Source: Candidatus Heimdallarchaeota archaeon (GTDB lineage Archaea > Asgardarchaeota > Wukongarchaeia > Wukongarchaeales > JBHIFL01). Taken from it: DNA of 12,239 bases. A program made the position numbers and the translations under genes. Positions 1 through 7,560 of the stretch are shown one piece after another (position 1 is the stretch's first letter; each line of letters starts with the position of its first letter). Location: contig JBHIFL010000103.1 in assembly GCA_046761065.1 (NCBI GenBank), positions 1-12,239 on the forward strand, given 5' to 3'. Under the pieces are notes generated by a model. It ran no database searches. It was not told the DNA's origin and was given only the letters and a program-made list of their open reading frames with translations.

Positions 1-160
1 CGTTGGTCTATATAGCTCGTTTTTACATAATCCTTATGGATGGCAATAAGTACCGCAAATCTGTTCAAAAAATTCTTGATTTTCACTTAGAGCGTTCAAA
101 AGGGGACCAAAAAGAATTAATAATAAAAAGATAAAGAACCAAAAAATTGGAGCCGTTCAA

Positions 161-610
161 ATGTCCAAGGAGAAAATTAGTGAAGAATTCCTGTTACACA
201 TGTATGATGCAACTTGGGAAGATATTCGTCATTCTCGACTGCAGGAGTGGAAAGTGCTCGAAGTCACGGCACTTGCATTTATCGCTATGGCTGGTTTAGG
301 ATTTCAAGATGAATTTAAAGGCGTTTCTGTAATATTAGGGATCTTCATTATGATCTTTGCGATGTTGGGATTACTGGTTACCTTAAGACATCGAGCCCTC
401 TTCTCAGAAAAAATGGAATTAATCCGGAACATTGAGACCGCGCTGGGACTGGATAAGGCAGATATTTTACCTAGAGCTTGGAAAGAAAAGAACGGCATCA
501 AATTATTTAGGGTTGGCAGTACATCTTTTTTTTTAATGACCATTTATGTTGCTCTTGCCGGAGCTTCCCTTATTTATGTTGTATTTGCCATTCGAGGAGG
601 CGTATTTTAA
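161..610 (+). CDS. Small hypothetical integral membrane protein (149 aa, about 3 TM helices)
   Basis: ATG..TAA ORF. Hydrophobic segments VLEVTALAFIAMAGLGF, GVSVILGIFIMIFAMLGLLVTL and FFLMTIYVALAGASLIYVVFAI, with a charged helical linker (RHRALFSEKMELIRNIETALGL) between the second and third. No family recognised with certainty. Confidence 0.8.
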   Translation: MSKEKISEEFLLHMYDATWEDIRHSRLQEWKVLEVTALAFIAMAGLGFQDEFKGVSVILGIFIMIFAMLGLLVTLRHRALFSEKMELIRNIETALGLDKADILPRAWKEKNGIKLFRVGSTSFFLMTIYVALAGASLIYVVFAIRGGVF

Positions 611-827
611 GAATATCTTCTTTAAGATCTCCCCCCGTTTACTAAGACATAGTATTTCCTATATTTAAGTTCTTTATACTTTGGTTTTTCGTATCCAATT
701 TTTAAAAGTTCCTAGTTCCGGATAATTTACAGAAAAAAGTGATTTTAAGCTCACTTCCATAGACATTAAAAATAAACGGATTCTAAACAAGGATTATGTG
801 TTTTATCGATTATTGAAGTTGTTTCAA

Positions 828-1781
828 ATGTCAAGAAAGGAGAACGCCCAGTTTACCATTTTTGGTGCAGGTAGCATTGGATCACTTTTTGCAGCAAAAT
901 TGGCGCTTGCGGGGAATAGAGTGACGATCATTGCCAGAGAAGCGCATGTTCGACAGATAATAACGAAAGGACTAGAGCTACAAACATTCCAAGGGGAAAA
1001 CTTTTGCATTCCCTTAGGAGCAAAAACTCACCTAAATAAGAGTACACCTTTAGATCAGGTTATAATCTCTACAAAAGCCTATGACAATAAAACAGCTTGT
1101 TCCGCGATTAAAGACATCCTCGATGCGAAAAACTCCCAACGAATAAAACTCATTTTGCTTCAGAATGGTGTTGGAAATGAAAAGCCGTACGAGCAATTTT
1201 TTCCCCACCAGAACATATATCGATTGTTAACAACAGAGGCTGCCTTGTTAGAGAGCCCAGGTCGAGTGATTCACACTGGAGAAGGGCAAACGATCCTTGT
1301 TAGAAGGGACAATGGAGGTGGTAGTTATGAGAAGCGGTTAGCAAAGATATTTACTTCCTCTGGATTGCCATGTGAAGTGTCTACAAACTTTGAGAAGAGT
1401 ATTTGGACTAAACTTTTAATTAATATCCCAATTAACCCATTGGGGGCAATTTATCAAGTAAAAAACGGGCAACTCTTACAACAAAGAGAAATACGTTGTC
1501 GATTTGAAAAACTGGTCAATGAAGCAATAAACGTTCTTAAGGCAAAATCGATTAAAACAACCTTTAAAGATCCACTTGAAGAAATCAAGGAAGTTGTTAG
1601 AAAAACAGCAAATAACAAATGTAGTATGTTGCGAGATTTAGAGCAAGGTAAACTGACAGAGATCGATTACATCAATGGAGCCATTATCGCGCTTGCAAGG
1701 GAGTTAGGAATACAAGTGGAGGAAAACATCCGAGTTGTAAGGCAAGTAAAAGCACTTGAACATCTGAAAATTTCTAGATAA
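828..1781 (+). CDS. panE: 2-dehydropantoate 2-reductase (ketopantoate reductase, PanE/ApbA family)
   Basis: Rossmann motif FGAGSIG, STKAYD, LLQNGVG, catalytic Lys in IWTKLLIN, SMLRD and TEIDYING. Adjacent to panB. The ORF track starts at GTG 798; ATG 828 is preferred because it is just before the Rossmann strand and 27 nt after TATA-like TTTTATCG at 801-808. Confidence 0.93.
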   Translation: MSRKENAQFTIFGAGSIGSLFAAKLALAGNRVTIIAREAHVRQIITKGLELQTFQGENFCIPLGAKTHLNKSTPLDQVIISTKAYDNKTACSAIKDILDAKNSQRIKLILLQNGVGNEKPYEQFFPHQNIYRLLTTEAALLESPGRVIHTGEGQTILVRRDNGGGSYEKRLAKIFTSSGLPCEVSTNFEKSIWTKLLINIPINPLGAIYQVKNGQLLQQREIRCRFEKLVNEAINVLKAKSIKTTFKDPLEEIKEVVRKTANNKCSMLRDLEQGKLTEIDYINGAIIALARELGIQVEENIRVVRQVKALEHLKISR

Positions 1782-1935
1782 ATCTAAATATATTCTTACC
1801 ATGTTTCTTTAATAATGTAAGAAAAATAAAATGGTAGGCAGCATAAAAAAAAGTAAAATTAACGGGTCTATCACTCATAATTAGGAAAAGGCTTTACATT
1901 CTATTAATTAATTGCAAAGATCGATTAAACTCCTT

Positions 1936-1952
1936 CGAAAAACCTTTATAAG
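1936..1952 (+). promoter_or_regulatory. Putative archaeal BRE/TATA promoter of panB
   Basis: CGAAAAACC followed by TTTATAA (1945-1951). Spacing would place the transcription start near the in-frame TTG at 1972, suggesting a leaderless mRNA. Confidence 0.5.
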
Positions 1953-1962
1953 ATGAAAAGAG

Positions 1963-2835
1963 TTGAAAAAATTGCCTAAACTAACGGCACGAGACATTTT
2001 AAATATGAAAGGGGGGGAAAGAAAAATAACTATGCTAACTGCTTATAATTTCCCATTTGCGAAAATTCTAGACGAAGCAGAAATTGATATCATCCTTGTA
2101 GGGGATACCCTAGGGATGGTAGAGCACGGATATCCAACCACCTTGCCTGTCACCCTTGAAGAGAGCATTAGTGCGACCAAAGCCGTCGCACGTGGAGCCC
2201 AATCTCATTCATTAGTTGTTGGTGATCTACCCTTTCTCACATTTGGCGTTTCCGTTGAACAAACGGTGGAACACGCTGGGAAATTAGTTAAAGAGGGTAA
2301 TGCTGAAGCAATCAAACTAGAAGGCGGGCGTGAACGAGCAACAGAAATAACCGCGATCATGGAAATCGGGTTGCCAGTCATGGCTCATATTGGGCTAACA
2401 CCGCAGTCGATATATAAATTCGGTGGGTTTAAAGTGCAGGGGATGACTGAAATCGCAGCAAAACGACTGATTGAAGATGCCAAGATTGTGGAAAAAGCTG
2501 GGGCTTTCTCGTTAGTACTCGAAGCAATACCTTGGCAATTGGGGAAATACATCACCGAATCCCTAACCATTCCAACGATTGGGATTGGAGCTGGGCCATA
2601 TTGTGATGGGCAAGTATTGGTGACATATGATATGCTTGGCTTTTTTGAGGAATTTAAACCAAAGTTTGTCAAACGATATGCGAATCTGAAAGCCACTGTG
2701 CTTGAAGCAGTACTACAATATCGTGAAGAAGTCAGAAAAGGCAAATTCCCGACGACCGAGGAATTTAGCTATCATGGACCAGCATCGGAGCAGAAATTTT
2801 TTGAAAAGTTAGCGACGAGAAAAAAGCCAACATGA
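1963..2835 (+). CDS. panB: 3-methyl-2-oxobutanoate hydroxymethyltransferase (ketopantoate hydroxymethyltransferase)
   Basis: Signature motifs KITMLTAY, ILVGDTLGMV, VGDLPF, AIKLEGG, HIGLTPQS, GGFKVQG, PTIGIGAG, DGQVLV and PKFVKRYA. Start is a TTG at 1963 or 1972. Confidence 0.97.
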   Translation: MKKLPKLTARDILNMKGGERKITMLTAYNFPFAKILDEAEIDIILVGDTLGMVEHGYPTTLPVTLEESISATKAVARGAQSHSLVVGDLPFLTFGVSVEQTVEHAGKLVKEGNAEAIKLEGGRERATEITAIMEIGLPVMAHIGLTPQSIYKFGGFKVQGMTEIAAKRLIEDAKIVEKAGAFSLVLEAIPWQLGKYITESLTIPTIGIGAGPYCDGQVLVTYDMLGFFEEFKPKFVKRYANLKATVLEAVLQYREEVRKGKFPTTEEFSYHGPASEQKFFEKLATRKKPT

Positions 2836-2842
2836 TAATTGT

Positions 2843-2860
2843 ATTATTTTATGTTTTTTT
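2843..2860 (+). terminator. Oligo-T tract, possible archaeal-type terminator between convergent panB and MFS genes
   Basis: TATTATTTTATGTTTTTT starts 8 nt after the panB stop codon. Confidence 0.35.
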
Positions 2861-2862
2861 GC

Positions 2863-4149
2863 TTAATTATCACTAAGGTGCACAGATGGTCCCTTTGGGT
2901 TGATGAATGATTCTCGGAGGGTAAAAGACACAATAGAGGCTAATATCAGACAAAACAGACAGAATTGAAATGCTCGGGTATAACCAAGGGCTATCAAACT
3001 GTTGTTGGAACCAAAACTATTGAGTAAACTCATAGAATCCAATATCCAACCAATTAGAGGCTGGAAAATAGCAATTCCAGCTATGGGATAGATATTCATA
3101 TACCCTACTGCTAAGCCGACAGTTTCTTCATCAATTGTTTCTTTAATCATAGTAATACAAATAGGGAGGGGTCCATGGAAGAATCCTAGACCAAAACAAA
3201 GGGTAGAAAGTAATACTTTTGACAAATTAGTAGTTTTAAAGGCAAGAAAGAGCCACATCAGTGTATAGAGTAATACTCCTGCACAAACAATAGGTTTTCG
3301 AGCATGAAAGACTTTATCTGAAAGATAACCAAAGAAAGGAGCGCCTACGCAAAATCCTACGGCGATAATAGTAATAAATTGGCTTGCATCGCTCTTAGTC
3401 AGCTGATAAACTTGCATAAGATATAGTACACCCCATAGGCCTTGAAATGCAATAAGGGTTCCATAGGTAACAAAAATCATAGCTGCGATTTTCGTAATCA
3501 GTCGATCTTTGATGATTGTTTTAAACTGAATCCTTTGCCGTATTAGATGATGTGACTCTTCATGATTTGTCCCATTTTTCTGTTTTTTATGATTTCTTAT
3601 TTGAGAAAGCACTACTTCCTGCTTCGGTGCATCTTGGATAAGTTTCCACGCAAATCCTGCTTGAATAGCTGCAATGATCGCCAGAATATAAAAAGTAGAC
3701 CTCCATCCAAGTTTTAAGGTCATAAAACTATGAGGAGCGGCTGCTCCAATGGCTCCGAGATTCCCAACTAACACAAAAATTCCAAAATGACTAGAAACCT
3801 CATCAGGAAACCATCTTGCAATGATCTTTACAGTGGCAACAAAGATCACAGATACTCCGATTCCTATGATGAGCCGAGCCACACTAGCCATGAGAAGGGT
3901 TTGTGAAATACCGAAGAGTAGTGCACCAACCCCAGTAAGGGCCGTAAAGAACGTAGTTGTCTTTCTAGGACCGATTGAGTCGATTAAAAGCCCTGTAGGG
4001 ATCTGCATGAGGGCATAAGCATAGAAATACATGGAGGAAAGGATACCTAATTCAGTCGCAGTCGTAGAAAAATCATGCATTAGATCAGGTGCCAAAACGG
4101 CCGTCGAAACGCGATGAAGATAAACAAAGAAAAAAATGAAACTTAACAC
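2863..4149 (-). CDS. Major facilitator superfamily transporter (about 12 TM; UhpC/GlpT/ACS-like group)
   Basis: MFS motif A in both halves (GLLIDSIGPR; GYLSDKVFHARK), LGILSSMYFYAYALMQIP, ARLIIGIG, ARWFP and LGWRSTF, with a long hydrophilic central loop. The GTG start lies inside TM1; the true start may be ATG 4219 in another frame (see findings). Confidence 0.92.
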   Translation of the reverse strand: MLSFIFFFVYLHRVSTAVLAPDLMHDFSTTATELGILSSMYFYAYALMQIPTGLLIDSIGPRKTTTFFTALTGVGALLFGISQTLLMASVARLIIGIGVSVIFVATVKIIARWFPDEVSSHFGIFVLVGNLGAIGAAAPHSFMTLKLGWRSTFYILAIIAAIQAGFAWKLIQDAPKQEVVLSQIRNHKKQKNGTNHEESHHLIRQRIQFKTIIKDRLITKIAAMIFVTYGTLIAFQGLWGVLYLMQVYQLTKSDASQFITIIAVGFCVGAPFFGYLSDKVFHARKPIVCAGVLLYTLMWLFLAFKTTNLSKVLLSTLCFGLGFFHGPLPICITMIKETIDEETVGLAVGYMNIYPIAGIAIFQPLIGWILDSMSLLNSFGSNNSLIALGYTRAFQFCLFCLILASIVSFTLRESFINPKGPSVHLSDN

Positions 4150-4266
4150 TGCTAGTCCATATAAACCACTTTTTTAGTGAGGTATACGTTGTAGTTCCCC
4201 CTCTATATTCAAAAAGCATTTCAGTACAAACGCATCATAAGATCGGTGTTATATCTGCAAAGTCAG

Positions 4267-5499
4267 TTATTTCTTCATGAAATATTGTATAGTGAGATCC
4301 GGATAAACTGCAATTTTTGGTTCTTTGTTCTTACGATCAAGATTCTTTAACACATCATTCCAGGTCCTTGCCCAAGTAATCTTCTCTGGAGGGCCGTACC
4401 AGCTCCCACTAGCTATTTCAATATTTTGAGTATAGATAATCATATTGTTTATTCGGGGTAAATGAGAATTCTTTTTGACAGCAAGTCTACCTAAAGATTT
4501 GGTCCCAAATGGACCATATATATAATGTGTTGCCTGGCCATCTGGCGCGTTTGTAATAATAACCATGTCCCCCCCTTCTTCTTTTAACGACTGTACGCCA
4601 TTTGACATGGCTATAGACCCTTCGTTAGCTTTGGCGTAGGCATTAGCAATAACGATATCTGCATCTTTGACCATCTCTGTAGCATAAACTTCTTTTGCGA
4701 CCTTCACTCCCGTATAATATTCAGCAATTGGATCACCTACAAAAAGATGAGTGCTTTCCCCCCTTGAATTTATAAGTACGTCAATTTTAATGTCTAATCT
4801 GGCAAGTTTAGCAGCTTCTTCCATATCTGCCATCATAGGATTATCTTTGGGTTCTGTGCCCATAATGCTAAGTAATTGATCACCTCGAGCAGCTTGTCTG
4901 TGATTAGCAACAATGGTATCAATACTGGAAACACCTGGGAGAATTATCTTGCTTCCACCTCCAAAACCCGTAAACACATGAGGTACAATGGATCCAATCG
5001 CTATCTTAAGATCACAACCCATGACTTCTTTGTTGATTGCAACGGGTGTTCCCTGAGAAGTTGTCCCAACAGATACACAATTGTCATATACATTATGGTT
5101 GTATACCGGGAAGCGAGCGGGGATGTTCGGACCTAATTTCTTCTGAAATGCTTTCAGAGTAACAGCTCCATGAGCTCCTAGGGCGCATATAAAACGTATT
5201 TGACTATCCTGAATACCTGCAATTTGAAGCTCCTCAAGAACATAGGGCACAATTTCCGAAACTCGTGTAGGACGTGTCATGTCATCAAAGATAATCACTA
5301 CATTCTTTTTACCTCTCGCTAGCTCATAAATTGGAGCGGACCCAATGGGATTTGAAAGCACTTTCCTTATTTCATCAGGGGAGATTTTAGGGTTATCGTG
5401 ACCTTTCATCTGGCGAAATTCAACATGCCAAGAATCGGGAAAGGTCAGTTCTAAGTCAGAGTATTCATACCAGCAGAGTTGGGGTACTTTAAGTCTCAT
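4267..5499 (-). CDS. LarA-family (lactate racemase domain) nickel-pincer-nucleotide-dependent alpha-hydroxy-acid racemase/epimerase; substrate unknown
   Basis: DDMTRP (D73/R76), ALGAH (H110), GTTSQGTPVAIN, VPHVFTGFGGGSKIILPGV (H174, K184) and ANH (H200) match the catalytic and cofactor-binding residues of Lactobacillus plantarum LarA (D72, R75, H108, H174, K184, H200). Confidence 0.92.
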   Translation of the reverse strand: MRLKVPQLCWYEYSDLELTFPDSWHVEFRQMKGHDNPKISPDEIRKVLSNPIGSAPIYELARGKKNVVIIFDDMTRPTRVSEIVPYVLEELQIAGIQDSQIRFICALGAHGAVTLKAFQKKLGPNIPARFPVYNHNVYDNCVSVGTTSQGTPVAINKEVMGCDLKIAIGSIVPHVFTGFGGGSKIILPGVSSIDTIVANHRQAARGDQLLSIMGTEPKDNPMMADMEEAAKLARLDIKIDVLINSRGESTHLFVGDPIAEYYTGVKVAKEVYATEMVKDADIVIANAYAKANEGSIAMSNGVQSLKEEGGDMVIITNAPDGQATHYIYGPFGTKSLGRLAVKKNSHLPRINNMIIYTQNIEIASGSWYGPPEKITWARTWNDVLKNLDRKNKEPKIAVYPDLTIQYFMKK

Positions 5500-5822
5500 G
5501 GAATCACATTCTTACGTAAAGGCACTCAAGGGAACATAAATTTGTCTGTTGAAACTCTACAAATCCATCACATTATAACATAACACTCAGGTGACAAAAA
5601 GGAACAGACTTCTTTTTTGAGAATCTAGTAGCAGTTTTTATGGTTTCAGAAATATAATCAATGTTTCTGGATGCGATTTAAAATTCCTATTCAATCATTA
5701 CGTATATATTTGTTAAAAGGAGTAGCAAACATTTAGAGTCGCATTTCTTCTCAAATGATCAAATTTGTTTTGATAATGGAGCTACCTTTTCTATTGAGTG
5801 GAAAAGACACTTTAATTATCGC

Positions 5823-6926
5823 TTAGACCTCTTGGGTAGGAGGGGATTTTATCGTACGATTAATAGCAACCTCAGCAATATCTGCTGCATAATCTGCTAC
5901 TCTTTCGACTTTGTCTGCAAGAGTTCGTAACATACAATAGACTTCATACGTTTCTGCAAGCATTTTTAAGCCCTTTTCACTTTTTTTCGGATCTCCAATT
6001 GTATTTTTAGCTTCTCCGATTCTCTTCTGGGAGTCTCTGCCTATTTCACGTAGAAGATCTCGAGTTAATTCCTTGCGAATTCGATATCTATTGTTTATCG
6101 TATCATTTACCATATTGATTTTCTTATATGATAAGCCTTCAACCGCTCGGCAATAGATTTCATAGACTTGCTTAAGATAAGAAGTGATGAGTTGGATGAG
6201 GTCGTTAGGCGCTTTATAATAATGAAGGGCCGCAATGGATTCTGCAATCGTTTTTGCATGATCCGCAATATGTTCTATTCGTCTTAGAACAGAATGGTAG
6301 CTAAGAACATCGACCAAATCGATTCCTAGCTCCTTCATGGTAATTGGATTTTGAAGGGCAAATTGAAGTTGTTTTAAAATTAAAAAATAGAACTGATTAA
6401 CATCATCATCCATCTTTACGATGGATTTTGCAAGATCTATATCGAAGGTTTCTAATGCTCGGATTGCATCTCCAAGCATGGAAGCGGTTATCGAGTGTGC
6501 CCTGTTCAGACTTTTTTCCAGATTCAGATCAGAGATATTAACAATACTTTGAATTCGAACCATTTTTGAGCTTGTTTCAATAATTTGCAAGCCAACTAGT
6601 TCTTTTAAGCGGGCGCGTAACTCTTCTTGTTGGTCTGATGTAAAATCCTCGGTCGAACAGATTTCGATTTCCGGGAAATTGCTTAAATAGGCAGCTATAA
6701 GCTGGCGTTCGACCAAACCTTTATCTGCGGTAGGAGGGACTGTGATAGTAATCTTAGAAGCCTTATCACGTTTGGTATCGTGGGGATAGATTCCAAGAGA
6801 GCCATCTCCACGAGTTTCAAATACGAGTTCATCCCCTTTGGTGAGTTCGTATTGATCTGCCCATCCTTTGGGCAGAGAAACTACTAAGGAACTTCGTCCA
6901 AGCTGCATAACTTTACGGACTTTCAT
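5823..6926 (-). CDS. phoU: Archaeal-type phosphate uptake regulator: N-terminal AbrB/MazE-like DNA-binding domain fused to tandem PhoU domains
   Basis: N-terminal RKVMQLGRSSLVVSLPKGW...LTKGDEL; IAAYL; LVGLQIIE; MDDDVNQFYFL; PhoU repeat motifs IEHIADHA and VERVADYAADIAE. Confidence 0.9.
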   Translation of the reverse strand: MKVRKVMQLGRSSLVVSLPKGWADQYELTKGDELVFETRGDGSLGIYPHDTKRDKASKITITVPPTADKGLVERQLIAAYLSNFPEIEICSTEDFTSDQQEELRARLKELVGLQIIETSSKMVRIQSIVNISDLNLEKSLNRAHSITASMLGDAIRALETFDIDLAKSIVKMDDDVNQFYFLILKQLQFALQNPITMKELGIDLVDVLSYHSVLRRIEHIADHAKTIAESIAALHYYKAPNDLIQLITSYLKQVYEIYCRAVEGLSYKKINMVNDTINNRYRIRKELTRDLLREIGRDSQKRIGEAKNTIGDPKKSEKGLKMLAETYEVYCMLRTLADKVERVADYAADIAEVAINRTIKSPPTQEV

Positions 6927-6968
6927 ATTTTATCAACACGTATATATGTCAGTGTTATTTCATTGAAA

Positions 6969-6986
6969 GTATATAAAAGTTCAGGG
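6969..6986 (-). promoter_or_regulatory. Putative BRE/TATA promoter of the phoU-like gene
   Basis: The minus strand reads CCCTGAAC-TTTTATATAC, about 45-50 nt upstream of the ATG at 6926. Confidence 0.5.
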
Positions 6987-7213
6987 CAATGTTATGTAAT
7001 ATGTATGATATATGTATATATTTTTATCGAATGTCCTTTTTTACTAGTAGAAGCGAGTTTAAACCATCAAGATGCTTCATTAATTTAAAAGCAATTCAAG
7101 AGCTAATCACATTTAATTGCCTAAAAACACGCGAAATTAAAACGTGTAAAGAGAAAAAGAGAAAGAAGACAGGTTAAATAAGAGAATTATAAAATGAGGA
7201 GATAGGGGGGCCA

Positions 7214-7387
7214 ATGAAAGTTCAGCAAATTAAAGTTGATCTATCCGGTGCAAATCTTCAAATGTTTAAAGAACTGAAGGCGCTCTATAGGATTGAAATA
7301 GATGCGGAGGCCATTAAACTACTGATTAACAATGAATATTGGTCGATACGTAAAGAATTGGGTAGAATTCCACTGAAAATGGGATAA
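7214..7387 (+). CDS. Small putative ribbon-helix-helix (CopG/Arc-like) DNA-binding protein, 57 aa (below the ORF-track size range)
   Basis: Hand translation: MKVQQIKVDLSGANLQMFKELKALYRIEIDAEAIKLLINNEYWSIRKELGRIPLKMG*. An alternating beta-strand (IKVDL) is followed by two amphipathic helices (LQMFKELKALY; DAEAIKLLINNEY). Purine-rich GAGGAGATAGGGGGG lies just upstream. Confidence 0.65.
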   Translation: MKVQQIKVDLSGANLQMFKELKALYRIEIDAEAIKLLINNEYWSIRKELGRIPLKMG

Positions 7388-7560
7388 GAAGAATACGAAG
7401 TAGAGGAGATTGGAACAGGATGACGAATCATACTTGATGAATATAATGATAGCTGTACTTTATGAATGGAAGGAGGTGAAAGATGACCAGAATATTCTTA
7501 AATTCTTGTTTAATGTATTAACAACACCAATTTGAAAATACTAACTCCCGGGTAATTGAA

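Noticed and set aside
63-161. Three copies of GTTCAAA upstream of the first ORF
   Set aside because: Short, irregularly spaced and in A-rich sequence; cannot be distinguished from chance.
798-827. GTG-initiated N-terminal extension of PanE
   Set aside because: No family similarity, and it overlaps a TATA-like element positioned for ATG 828.
4169-4175. Programmed -1 frameshift at A_AAA_AAG in the MFS 5' region
   Set aside because: A -1 slip enters a frame that stops within a few codons (GTG GTT TAT ATG GAC TAG); a +1 shift is what would be needed.
304-5136. Antisense ORFs 304-543, 824-1009, 2385-2744, 3821-4018 and 4876-5136
   Set aside because: They lie opposite well-supported genes and have no motifs; treated as shadow ORFs.
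6989-7177. 62-aa + strand ORF
   Set aside because: Runs through low-complexity AT repeats and purine tracts of a divergent promoter region; no recognisable motif.
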